Positions 47,178 to 59,543 are shown, counted from the stretch's first letter. The stretch: DNA of 64,000 bases from Oopsacas minuta (GCA_024704765.1 JAKMXF010000066.1:1175883-1239882), one strand, 5' to 3'. The notes: a model not told the origin generated them from the letters alone. Program-made: numbers and translations.

Positions 47178-50100
47178 ACCTCCCGAATACTGGTAATAAG
47201 TTTGATCAACCAAATATCGACTATTTGTCTATTGTTATTCAGTTGTAACCTTGATTATAATATTATTTCTCTAAAACTGGCTAGCTAAGGACGCCTTACC
47301 GTAATGTATAACTAATATAGGTGGTTGCTATTTCACATGTCAATTATGATGTGGAATCTGACAGCTATACAAGTATTTTAAATTCTCTAATTCATATGGG
47401 TTAAGTAATGTCAAATTTTTGATAATATACAAATAATAACCTGGCTAGCTATCTGTGGTGATACTAGACATAATTCTCTCGGCGTTTAGCCCTAATACCT
47501 GGCCTAGCTTATCGACAAAATATATTCAATACTATTCACTCTAAAATACTTCAGAGTCAGTTCGGTGTGATAGAACACGATCTAGACGACGGTCTATTGT
47601 TTACAAATTGCCGACAGTAGGTCTGCCAGAATTATAATGGTCTATACTCCAAAATGGCAAAACTTCTTGTAACGCTACACCACTGGCAATTGACTAGAAA
47701 AACTTAGAAAATTCTCTACAAATTTTCCGTCATCATTTCTTAACAGGATATTATAAACTTTTCTTTATGAGTCACTACTTGGGGCGTGTCTTGTAAACTT
47801 AGGTTCATTTACTGTTCGTAAACATATTATTTATAAGATCCGAACACCATGAAATAAGCTTATTTCAATAAAGTTCATTTTGTAATTAACAGCTAGATTT
47901 ACACAATCCGCCCATTTAGAGGATTAATAGAATTATCAAATTTCTTAATTATTGACCTCGACATCAGACTAGAATGGGGTGGGACTTATCATCTCTTATT
48001 CATAATATTATGATCGTTCAATTCTCTATTACATTTGAGCTATTGGAAGGTGAATGTATACTCATATTTCACGTTTTTATCATGGGCTTTAATATAATCG
48101 GAGGGCAGAGTCATGTTTCTTATCTTTCCAAAAATGACCAAATATGGTGATTATAATTCGATGAAATATATATTTTTGGAAGCTCCTCGCAGCATGAGGC
48201 CCCGGCCAATTGATCTCCCTGGCCCCCTCTTAAGGGGCCTCTTTTCATCCAATAACATTGAAAAGAATGAAAAGAATACATTATGTACAAAATTGTCGAA
48301 TAATAATTATCTAATACCACACACATGTTTTCTAAATATGTACTTGTGTTTACCAAAATTTCCCACAACATTTATCAATCTGGTTTCCTACATAAACTGT
48401 AATAATGTAGAATGGATGTTACAACCTATTTTGTATTATAACAGATAAAATTTTTTTCTTTAATTGACCACTTTAAAGTTAAAGAACAAACAATTTTTCT
48501 AAACCTCAAAGTTCAATTTAATTCATCGTATTACATAATAACGAGCAGTTGCGGAGGTTGCGAAAACCCTGTGTTCGCATGTAACTCGGCACTTCGTGCC
48601 TCGATTATTGTATAAGACTATTATTTACACATGACTTGAAAATAGCGAAAAAAATGATTTTTGAATTTGTTCCATTCAACATATTAAAATGTTCTATTGT
48701 AATTAAAATTAGAATTCTGAAGCTTAATTATTTCTATGCAAACATTAACATAGGAATAATGAAAATGTATAGGAGTTTAGTCTGGAATATGTTTAAGACA
48801 TTTGATATGTAGATTTTGAGATTCTATTAATGCACCAAAATTGTATCTCATATGATATTTATGTAAATTAGTAGGGAGTGTCAGCAGTACGATAATTGAA
48901 TTATTACCTTACCTGTAATATGAATGCACTGCAATAGCTATGTATTTCAGGTTATATGACGTAAATATACTCCCACAAAGGAGGGATGTCTCTTACAAAA
49001 ATGGAGCTGAATTATTGCCTTTGAGATTTAAATTTCTACCATTTACTTAGCATTTGTTTAAAATACACCCACAATTCTTTTTTTTTGAATAAATTAACTT
49101 CTAATTCTAGGCTTAATTTATCACCAAAGAGGTAGGGTAATAATGCCAGTGTCTAGTACTAATGATATTGTACATAATTCCTGTCTGAGCACAGTTTAAA
49201 TGGGGAAAGAAGTGATTGGCTCAAGAGTAGATTAGTTTGAAATAATTAGTGTCGTGCCTATGGCTATTGAGGCATGTGCCCAAATATTTTCTAGCCCCTC
49301 ATCACTCTTACAGCGACCCCAGACCCGCGATTTAACCTTGCCCCCTTCCCAGCGTACGCGACTAGGAACATCTGACACACAGCCAGGCGAAATCTTGAAT
49401 ACTTCTGTGATAACTTGATTAATTTGGTAGAATTAATAATGTTTACATTTAGATCCTCTTCAGCATAAATTTGTCTGTCGTCTAGATAATAATTGGCTCT
49501 ATACATTTTGGTATAAGTAGTTTGATCTCACTTTTTTCTTCCTATCCAACCACACTGAATAATTATCCAAGGCATTGTCATTGTTTACTCCGTTGTATTT
49601 GCAGAAATTGCCGAACCACGTTATATCCTGATAGTACCGCTCATTGAATTTCGGGATATCTAATTAGCATAGTGTAATGAATTAACAATTATCTTCCATA
49701 AAAGTGAAAAATTTCATAGAATTTCTAGAAAGAAACTTTTAGATTTCTTTGCAATTATTCGAATATTATTTCACTGTATTTTATCTAAACCGTAAAACTA
49801 CTAAATCATTTTCCTTTTACTCTTCCCAATCCCTGAATATCACATGATTCCTCTCTTATTCCACAAAAAAATATCCAGAAATCTAGCAAAATAGAAATTT
49901 CCAATGATTTTCAAAATTTCGCCTGGAAAAGACGTGAAATCCAGTGATAATCCATTGCCCCGGGAGGGTTGGTAAGTACACGTGTTACTTCGAATACTAG
50001 TTTGAATCTTCGAAATCCCCACCTGCTATTCGTAATAATGCGGGTACGTACTTATATCCAATTCTAATACTATACTTGCACTTCTCCTATCTGTATATTA

Positions 50101-50852
50101 TCGTACCATCAGTGATATCTTTAATGTTATCGCTATAGTACTAATGTAATAAGTAAATATTTTATACATACTCAAAAATACACGTTTTGAAGCCCAATTT
50201 TAAAATAATTAGTCAGTCGAGATAATCCAGCCCGATAGACTTCTGCTTCCCTAATGGTAGATTAATTGGAATTAGAATACGATAATTTATTCATTGCTTA
50301 TCTGGTATCATATGATATTATCTCCTAGATATAGAGACATCCTAATAACCATTTTGAACCCACCCTGCTTTAATTCATTTCTATATTACTAATTAGTTTT
50401 GGAATAAAATTGCATATTTTTGTGTATGTCAATTACAGAAAAATATTGTTGGATTTTCTAACGAGTAACCTCATGATTACGTCACCAAATAGGTTGCTAG
50501 AATATTTCTATATAGCAACCTAGGTTGCTTGGGAAGTTTGCATATAGCAATCTAGGTTTTAGGTAGAAACATCATTATTTGTTTATACAGATGTTTACTT
50601 TCTTTTACGCAAAGGGCAACATTTTCTACTTAGCAATTTGCTAATTTCACCGATGTACTGTGAATTTGCTTATACAATAAATTCGGTAAATTATTTTATA
50701 CTTCAACGAACTTTTTTCAATAAATTGTGTTGTAATTATCAATCTAAATATAATACAAATGAAAATATGGATTACTTTACAGGGTATAATAAATGAGATT
50801 ATTATAGCTAAAAATTGAAGTCGTTGTGTGTGTCTGTGTGTTTGTTTCCAGA

Positions 50853-52541
50853 TTAGTAAGCGTGTATTACTGCCTGTATTTCTCGTGATACAACGCGAAT
50901 GTCTTCTTTTCGTATTTTTTTCGTGTTTGCTAACGCTGTACTTTCTTTTATTTCCCCTATCACAGTTATACAGTCGTTTTCGAATACCCCAGTTTTACAT
51001 AATGTGGATTCATCGCAGATATAATGGCAAAGTGAGCATAGGTTATTTGATTTTTTGGGCATTTTCGCTCCTGGTATATCGCCTTTAACTTGTTGTTTTG
51101 ATTCGAATTGATTACCTGTTTGTTCATTAATTAGTCTTATCGAGCATTGACCTTTGAACGGCCATTTTAATCGGTTATCGTTTTCACCTTTAAGCATACA
51201 GAGGTAGAACGACGCGTTTCCATTTCCGAAATGTCCACGGATACAAGCTTTATATCCTTTTTCGTTTGTGTAAAAAGCTGGTGAATACTGCATGCACGTT
51301 CGCTCACGTTTTAAAAGTTGTGACATTCCATCTATTTTCCACTCTATTAGCCCGTTTACATTGAATTCATGTTTTATTGATTCTGACGTAAGTGAATCCT
51401 TCTTTTTACTCCAACTAGATTTGTTATTTTTCTTTAAAAACGAAAATGCCGATGATTTGAAGAACTTTCTTTTTCTCAGTTTTGCCTCTGGGATTGTCGG
51501 TGAAGATTTCCCTTCTTGTGAACTGAAAAATCCTGAATCTTCCGAATGGATTTCTGGTAGTTTCTCACTTTTTGTGTGACTTAACTTCATTTCTGCTCGT
51601 GTTAATGTTCTTGGCATAGGTCCTATACTAGAACACTCACTGCTACTGTCCGTACAATACTGTCCTTCTGAAGAATCGCAGTAAGTGAAAACAACCGCAG
51701 GCTTTTCATAGCTATTCGACAAGCATTGGACCTTTTTAACCGTATCAGTTGTAACATGACTTTTCGCGTTATTTCGTGAAATCGATCCGCGTTTTCTCGA
51801 GTTGGTTTCGTTAATATTATTCGTCTGGACGTCACTAGAAACCTGCGGGGGCTCATCACTTATCACTACCTTTTTCCGCGGATAATACTTCATAGTGTAG
51901 TTGCTGTAATTCATGCGAGAACTCTCACTAACCTTGAGACTACCACCTCTTTCAACTTTCACGCGCCAGAATGTTTCCCCTCCATATTTCTTACACGAGT
52001 TAGCTTCATGATTGTACATATCACGTGCTAGCATTGTTTTTGAACAAAAGGCACATTTCAATGAACGAAATTGACATTCGAAAAGTTCGTGACGTTGCAT
52101 TTCTTTGACATTTAAAGTGACTCCGCAATTGAGTTTACATTTCATTAACGTATGTCTGCAGTCTGTGTAATGTTTGTATATATCTCTAAGCTCGCCTTTC
52201 CAATTGCAGCCTTTTGTGAAGTTAACGCACCTGACTGGTTGAGCTTGTATATTTTGATGTAAATTATTGAGTACGTAGCATTCTTCATTGTTATAAATGT
52301 CATCATCTATCGGGCATGTTTTCTTTTTATTTACACAGTTTCGACAGAACCAATGCGTGCAAGGTAGAATCGTTGGATAGTGGAAAATTCCATTGCAACT
52401 TTGACAAACTAACGGTTCTAGCGTTGACCTGTCTTTGATGAAGAATGTAAGTTTATACCCACATGGCTCAGCGTTCGAATCTTTTATGCGTAATATTTCA
52501 TCACACATACGAATAGCTTGTGTATTGATTTCTGTATTCAT
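50853..52541 (-). CDS. TNF receptor-associated factor-like E3 ligase (RING, TRAF Zn fingers, MATH), 562 aa, intronless
   Basis: C3HC3D RING (CQSC..PCTHWFCRNC..TCPID); two TRAF-type Zn fingers; MATH domain (IEWKIDG..YSPAFYT..GYK..LCMLKGENDNRLKWPFKG). Confidence 0.92.
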   Translation of the reverse strand: MNTEINTQAIRMCDEILRIKDSNAEPCGYKLTFFIKDRSTLEPLVCQSCNGIFHYPTILPCTHWFCRNCVNKKKTCPIDDDIYNNEECYVLNNLHQNIQAQPVRCVNFTKGCNWKGELRDIYKHYTDCRHTLMKCKLNCGVTLNVKEMQRHELFECQFRSLKCAFCSKTMLARDMYNHEANSCKKYGGETFWRVKVERGGSLKVSESSRMNYSNYTMKYYPRKKVVISDEPPQVSSDVQTNNINETNSRKRGSISRNNAKSHVTTDTVKKVQCLSNSYEKPAVVFTYCDSSEGQYCTDSSSECSSIGPMPRTLTRAEMKLSHTKSEKLPEIHSEDSGFFSSQEGKSSPTIPEAKLRKRKFFKSSAFSFLKKNNKSSWSKKKDSLTSESIKHEFNVNGLIEWKIDGMSQLLKRERTCMQYSPAFYTNEKGYKACIRGHFGNGNASFYLCMLKGENDNRLKWPFKGQCSIRLINEQTGNQFESKQQVKGDIPGAKMPKKSNNLCSLCHYICDESTLCKTGVFENDCITVIGEIKESTALANTKKIRKEDIRVVSREIQAVIHAY

Positions 52542-53593
52542 TTTTCTTGTAACAATTTTTTATTGATTATATTACTTTCTAGTAATGCTTATATACTACA
52601 AAGATTGTTACAATTGTAATGCTATTCACATTGGATTATAATGTTAGTATCCATGAATTATCTGGCAGTAATGATTGCATGATAATCCAGCTGGAATAGT
52701 GTTCAGCTGTTCGAAGAATTTTGAAGAATAATTTGCTAAAATGATAAGATGATTTATGATGACCTTAAAACGAGAAAGTTTGTGATAATAAGTTGCATAA
52801 TATAACTCAAGGAATAATATGGATAATTTCAAGTAACCTTTATTGATTAGTTATTGAATATCTTGAATTTAAATATTCATAAATTTGATCAGTACTCGCA
52901 ATAATCGACAAAGCAAACTTTTTAATAAATGCAAAGATGAGCCATTTTGTTGTTGCTATCAATATTCAATTTCCCCCTCTGAGTATCCGATATGTTTTTG
53001 TGCTTTAAAGAGTCGTAGTTTTTCTCAATGAATTGCTAGTATGTGTCATGGCTTAGAGGCAAGTGATGTCCATATGCTTTAGTGTCATCCAATTTTTGTG
53101 CCTGCCAGATGCGTAGAACACAAACTAGGATATTAACTTGGCAGATAGAACGGCTACAACTAAACAGATCATAAATTTAATTTTTAATAATACAATGCCC
53201 TGCTGACTTAACGTTTCTGAGGAATAGAATTTATTTACACAAGCCTCAAGCTAGTTTGCGAATATTTTATGAAGCACACCTGCTGGATATATCCGTATAT
53301 ACACATATAAATATTATTCTTATTGAAAATTATTTGATCTTTAATAATCATGTTTTCTCTTATGTTAACATGCGAATTCTTATTTGATGTGGTACATTAA
53401 ATATTTCAACAACTTGGTTAATATTTCTTATAAATTATTCTTGAAAAGAATCTCAAGTTGTTACAGCCTTGTCGTATGAGAACTTAATTAACCACCACAT
53501 AAAAGTCGCCACACATTAAATTGGGTAATCATATTCGCACCATGGATCTTGAAACTAGAGTAAAATTTGTGAAATGACCTGTTATGACATATA

Positions 53594-53790
53594 CAGCAGA
53601 TGTCGGATATAAGAACACCGGTTGTAAGACCATGCTGGTTATAAGAACCATAACTCGATTTACCGAATCTTTTGTATCTTACTCCATTGGATTTACCGGA
53701 TATAAGAACATTCCATGTCGGTTATAAGAACTTGTCGGTTATAAGAACATTATGCCCAGTTCCCGACGATGTTCTTATAACCGTACTTTA
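53594..53790. mobile_element. MITE family D with internal GG(T/A)TATAAGAAC repeats
   Basis: TA|CAGCAGATGTCGGATATAAGAAC; the motif is repeated about 5 times and inverted (gttcttataaccg) at the right end. The right boundary is approximate. Confidence 0.65.
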
Positions 53791-53999
53791 GCCCATAGCT
53801 TCTATGCTTGGGAAATACCTCAATTATTAGGCAAGTCTAGAACCATGGATATAGACAACAATTTCTTAACTGCGAGTAGCAATTACAATGGATGACTTTA
53901 ACCTGCCATTTGATTAACATAGAAATTGGGACATCATTCCCCGAAACGTATTATTCATATGCTAAATCGTATAACAATTATAAACAATTAGAAATTGTT

Positions 54000-56604
54000 A
54001 TGAGTTCAAAGGAAACTATCTTGGAGTATCTCCAAAACCAAAAGAATCAAGCATCTAGCCCTGAAGTAGCAGAGATATGGAGTAACCTCCTTCATCTGTA
54101 TACACATAAATTATGGCATCAGCTGACTGTATTATTACAAGACTTTATTCCTAAGATGTCTTCTGGCCGTGTAGAGCTATACAAGAAGTTTATTACTGAT
54201 TTTGAACACAGTCTTAGTGCACTGTCTCTAGTGCAGATGATATTGCATGTAAGTTTGGAAAGGATCGGATTAGTAATTATGTTCGAATTACAGTCAACTC
54301 CAGTTATTTCTATTTCAATGGACCGTGATAATTACTTCGACAAAACTGACGAATTTTCTGTAACTTTGACGGTTTTGTGACCATATTTGTACAATTTCAG
54401 ACTTCGATATATGCGTGTTCTATATAGCGGAAGTTGACCTTATTTCGCGAAAATATTCCGCGATTCCGCTAATACTTCATACCACACACATACCTCACTT
54501 ATTTTTATGGTCATTTCCTTGATTTTACGCTACTAAAGATTCTTCATAAGATATAACGACCCACGCGTGTCATATTATCTGTAATATGCGAAACCTGACA
54601 ATTATAAATTACTGCTGATATATATTGAATTGGTTAGAGAGTTTAATTTCTATTTAAATCCATTCTGTTCAGATTTTATTTGTCAATCAGTATTTGATTA
54701 TTTATGGTTAGAATTTGATATTCGCTACGGCAATTTCTAGATACCAGTAAAACGATTTTAAATAGAAAATGAACTCTTTCAACCAATGGTTTAGTAATAA
54801 ATTTACAATTATCCTCAAATACATTACAAAATGATTTAATACATTGCTCCAGGTACTGGACGAGCTTACAGACCCGTTAGAAGCATTATCCTTACTGAAA
54901 TCAGTTCTCGATAAAGTTAAGCTTCATCCTGAAGCTAAAGGTCTCTGTTTATCAGCTATAGCAGTGTGTTATCTCACGAATAATGAGGTAGCGGAGTGTA
55001 AAGAGAGATTACAGGAAGCTGAAATACTATTGGAGAATTCTGATATGGAGGTATAATGATCGAAAATATCGAAAGATCTGAGAAAATATCGGGAAATATC
55101 GAAAAAATATCAAATCTCGAAATTTAAAAGTAATGACCGACTTTTCACCATAATTCGATATTTCTTAAGTATTTTCTCTATATTTCTATATTTTCCTATT
55201 TTCAGAAATATCGAGCTGATATTTATCGTATCTGGTAATTCCTTATATTTCATATCGTATCAGAGATTTACCTGATATCGATATTAGCCAAATCTTGAAA
55301 CAGCTGTTTAATTTTTAATCAGATCATACTTCAAAAATCCAAATTATTCTCATAATATCGTTAAACCAAATATGTATATAATAGACAACCTAGAATTTGA
55401 TTTATAAGTTGAGTAATTAATTGAAAATTGGCAAAGAATTGTGAATTAATCAAGTATAAGCAGTTTATAGAGCCAATAAATCTTATCTTATAACTGCTGT
55501 AATACCAAATGAGAAGCAATTTCTATGCCTCAATTATTCCATATTATCCGTTTTGGAATTTATTGAATTATATTCTTATTTATGGATTTTCCCAAAGTCT
55601 GTATTTCTCACATGATTTTTGAGAAATGTTTATTATATTATTTGAGTGCATCTCTGCCATATAAACTTGTATTAATCCCAATATTTGGCAACGCGACAAC
55701 TTAAGCGGGTTAAATGACAGACACATTTTTTGAACAAATATGTCTCAACTCTCAATTATGCGGAGTCTACTGTACAAGTAGTTACGTATTCGAAAATTTC
55801 TACTTTTCGCTAATTTGATTCGATGTACATGAGTGTCCAAATTACCATATATTTACAGTATCTACCATATAGGTTGGTACAGTACATGCTTATTACTACA
55901 AAACTAGTAGTGAGTATTACCGTTACACAGGACAACATGCTCTATACTATAAGGCAGCTCTACGTTACCTTGGATGCCAAACTAGCATCAAACATTTCGA
56001 TAAAGACTCTCCCCCAGAGTTTATAACTACGAGTATTGAGGCTGATCGTGAACATGCATTTTCTCTAGCAATTGCCGCAATTATTGCCGAAGGGGTGTAT
56101 AATTTCGGTGAAATTCTACTTCACCCGATTCTACAAACTTTAAAGGGAGATCCTGACAGGGTCTGGGTTATTGATTTACTACGCGCTTTTAACAGGGGTG
56201 ATATAAAGCGCTTTGAAGAATCAAGGCAATCTTGGAGCGACCAAACCGATTTGAAATCAAACGAAATTATCCTTCAACGAAAACTACGACTTTTATCGCT
56301 TATGGAATTGACTTTTCAGCGTCAAGCAACCCAAAGGACCCTCCCCTTCTCTCTAATATCTGAAATAGCTCATGTTCCAGTTGATGAAGTAGAACAACTT
56401 GTAATGAGAGCATTTAGCCTCGGATTAGTAAAAGGTGATATTGATGAGGTTGATAAAGTAGTTCACTTGAGGTGGGTACAACCACGTGTGTTAGACCTTG
56501 GCCAAGTTAAGAGTATGTCACATAATATAAAGATATGGGGCCAGAAAATAGTTACAGCACTTGATCTATTAGATAATCAGGTTACCCAAGATTTACTAGT
56601 ATAA
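54000..56604 (+). CDS. PSMD13: 26S proteasome non-ATPase regulatory subunit 13 (Rpn9), 392 aa
   Basis: Exons 54000-54248, 54853-55050 and 55873-56604 (phase-0 GT-AG). LYTHKLWHQLT; YYKAALRYLG; GVYNFGEILLHP; PCI domain VEQLVMRAFSLGLVKGDIDEV..WVQPRVL. Confidence 0.95.
54291..54440. mobile_element. MITE family A, in PSMD13 intron 1
   Basis: TA|CAGTCAACTCC..ggaccgtgataattac..tttgacggttttgtgaccatatttgtacaatttcagacttcgata..gttctatatagcggaagttgacct|TA. Confidence 0.75.
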
Positions 56605-57101
56605 TTGCATAATTGGTTGTTAGTGAGATTGGGTTAGGTTCATGTTTACGTGAAATTTGTAATTGATACGTGTTTTGTTATTAATTGATTAGTTGTTGAT
56701 TACATTAATTAATGATTTGACTATTAATATGACACGTGATTTGTATGCATTAGAATTAGAAACGATAGCAACTTGGGTATATAATTAGTTGATAAGCTGG
56801 AATTATGAGTTTTGAAATTATTGCAATATGACGAATGATACGATTTTTTATCAGAACTTTTCGAACTTGACAGGATAATCGGTGAGGCAACAAAAGGAGC
56901 TAGAATTTTTCAGAATAGTTTATTTCTGATCAATTTCTGCGATTTTGCTTGCTCGCTACGCTTGCTTTGAGCCATTATAACGATTTAGATAAAAATCGCA
57001 GGAATCATGCATGCGTGAATAATTATGATTGATAACAATAGAAGATGTAAAGTTATGCATGTGATGACTATTTATACCATAATTTCGCTTTCTAAAGTTG
57101 A

Positions 57102-57167
57102 AATACATCTATAATACATCTATAATACATCTATAATACATCTATAATGCATCTCTAATACATCTAT
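57102..57167 (+). repeat. Tandem repeat, 11-bp unit AATACATCTAT x6
   Basis: Five perfect units and one with two substitutions. Confidence 0.92.
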
Positions 57168-57478
57168 GTATTTAATATTTTGCAAAAAACCATTAATACA
57201 CTTTTTTGATAAATTTTAGAGAATCCTACTTTGGCCAATAAATACTAGAAATATTATTCCTAAGAAATGAGAGTACAAAGTAAGATTTTTATTGAGAAGA
57301 CAGTTAAAATACCTTGAATATGATACAGTAAACTCGCTCATCATTGAAATAGTACAAAAGTTTAGTTTTTAGTCAGGAATTACGTTTAATTGAGACATTG
57401 CATTGAATCCTCGTGTAATCGACTGTATTAATCTTCTATAATGCGAAATAATGAGAAATAACCCCGAAACAATATATC

Positions 57479-57775
57479 CAGTACACCCTCGGTTATCCGA
57501 ACCCCTTCGTCATACACATTCAAGTTTCTTTTCGGATAAGTGAGATTGTCCAGGTAACTGAAATAGTGTATTTTCCTATATAAATTCACTGCTCAGGGAT
57601 ATGTGAGAATGATGATTTTGTAATGTAAATATTTGACAGCATATCTATGCCAATATGGCCCTAAAATGACCATATCATTAGAACCTAATGCTAAAGTAGT
57701 CTAAAGCTCACATGAAATTTGAACAATTTTAATCTAAATGAAATTCCAGCTGTTCGGATAATCGAGGGTCTACTA
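57479..57775. mobile_element. Tigger/pogo-like MITE, 297 bp, ending 48 bp upstream of the P2X ATG
   Basis: TIR CAGTACACCCTCGGTTATCCGAAC versus reverse-complemented right end TAGTAGACCCTCGATTATCCGAAC (21/24 identical). Confidence 0.75.
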
Positions 57776-57823
57776 CAAACATTACCATTTTGTTATTCCA
57801 ATTATGCCCTACATATACTTAGC

Positions 57824-59008
57824 ATGGCAAGTTTCCTAGACTACACAACGTACAAATACGTAACAGTCCGAGACAAGCGTCTGGGTATTACCTACTATAT
57901 TTTCGCATTTCTAATATTCGCCTACCTCCTACAAGACATATTCATTGACAAGGGTTATCTAAAAATAGACACTAATCCACATGGTACACTCAGATTACTT
58001 GTGAAAGATCCGAACAACGAAGCGCCTATAACTGACCTCCCATATTGCCCGGAATTCGCTGGCGACGCTCCAGGCAAATTCCAATACAATCGCACTGACC
58101 CTTGTGTTGACTATGATGCCCAAGAGCTGTCATGGCCTCCTGAAGCTCATGCAGTTAACATTATGACGTATGGCAAAGATAACTGGCAAGAACGGAAGAA
58201 AAATGAGAAAGGTTCTTACAATTTTGAGACAATTAGTGAAAAACAATATTTCACTCGCAATCCTGAAACGACTATACTCAAAATCGATCATTCTATAATT
58301 TCATCACTATTTTCTGGGAAATATCTTCTTGGAGGTTCGCATCGTACAATGCTTGGATTCTTAGTTGGCAAAGATGATAACATTATTCGAAAAGTTTCCG
58401 AATCAGAGAAACCAGATAAATTGAAAGTAAGTGAGCTATTAAAAGCCGCAGGAATCGATACACTTGATCAACTTTCAGATTCACTTAGTGGAGATAGTGA
58501 ATCTTTCCGTATGCGAGGCCTGATCCTAAAAATATCCATTTATTACACAAACCATGAGCATAAATGGTTCGGGACTGGACAAATACATTACACATATAAG
58601 ATACAGCATATACCACTGGTTGACTACCAAACAAAACAAATAATTCCGATAATGAAAGAGAAATCAAATGAGGAATTAGAAACTGAAATATTCCACACTA
58701 ACAAACGGCTACTGCGGAAACGTTATAGCCTACGGCTGATATTTGAGCAAGAAGGAAGTTTAGGTAAAACCTCATTAAACGCACTAATCTATCAACTAAT
58801 CGCCGGCACAAGCTTGCTAACATTATTAGCTACTGTTATTGATGTGGTTGCTCTAAATTTGATTCCAACCTATTCACGTTATATGATGGATTCTAGCCCT
58901 GAATTGGGGAAGAAGGAAGGAGAAATTGCTGGTGGAAAAGATAAAGATGATGCTGTATCTGTTGATGAGGGTGTATCTGGTACTGGTGAAGGGAAAAAGG
59001 ATCAATAG
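57824..59008 (+). CDS. P2X purinoceptor-family ATP-gated cation channel, Cys-poor Dictyostelium-like type, 394 aa, intronless
   Basis: Likely start MASFLDYTTYK (YxTxK motif); RDKRLG-TM1-KGY; LLRKRYSLRLIF..G.LG-TM2 with the conserved Asp (ATVID). The ORF-track start at 57719 lies inside a MITE. Confidence 0.9.
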   Translation: MASFLDYTTYKYVTVRDKRLGITYYIFAFLIFAYLLQDIFIDKGYLKIDTNPHGTLRLLVKDPNNEAPITDLPYCPEFAGDAPGKFQYNRTDPCVDYDAQELSWPPEAHAVNIMTYGKDNWQERKKNEKGSYNFETISEKQYFTRNPETTILKIDHSIISSLFSGKYLLGGSHRTMLGFLVGKDDNIIRKVSESEKPDKLKVSELLKAAGIDTLDQLSDSLSGDSESFRMRGLILKISIYYTNHEHKWFGTGQIHYTYKIQHIPLVDYQTKQIIPIMKEKSNEELETEIFHTNKRLLRKRYSLRLIFEQEGSLGKTSLNALIYQLIAGTSLLTLLATVIDVVALNLIPTYSRYMMDSSPELGKKEGEIAGGKDKDDAVSVDEGVSGTGEGKKDQ

Positions 59009-59543
59009 AATTATTCATATAGTTATTCTTTATTTTTCGGAATTTGATGATAGATATTATCTGTATATGTTGTTCATTAAATAGTTGAGGTATAGAATTT
59101 ATTGTAATTCCTTTCAATAGTCCCACAAAAATTATTATTTATAACACGTACGTATATATCGAGTGCTGTGTTTGCCAGAATTCAAGAAATCTCTTCTATA
59201 ATACTAGCTACCCATTGTAATAATATGTTACATAACCATCATGTTATAACTCTTTCAATATATAATTTCAATAGAAATCCGCTATAATCTCACCTGTTTA
59301 CAGATCATGAACATAGTGTATAGATTTTGGCTAGAACTTTTGACTTATGGCAAGTACTAGGCATGAATCCTTTAACATTTGCTTGAAATGCCAAGAAGAT
59401 GGTATGAACTTCATTGTTACATAATCTGGTAACACTAGCTATAAATAACTTTCTTTTAAGTTATTTCGCAATCAAATGCAATAGAATTAGAAAATTTATC
59501 ACTTACCAAATATTAGCAATATTAGTAATTCTTTGCATTACAA

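Noticed and set aside
53594-53790. Repeated GGTTATAAGAAC with variable spacers, superficially CRISPR-like
   Set aside because: The repeat is only about 12 bp, spacers are irregular, one copy is inverted, there are no cas genes and the context is eukaryotic. Better explained as MITE subterminal repeats.
53892-53999. N-terminal extension of the PSMD13 ORF
   Set aside because: Rpn9-like sequence begins at ATG 54000. The ORF's C-terminal part past 54248 is intron read-through into a MITE.
57719-57823. N-terminal 35-aa extension of the P2X ORF
   Set aside because: It starts at a TTG within a MITE; family similarity begins at ATG 57824.
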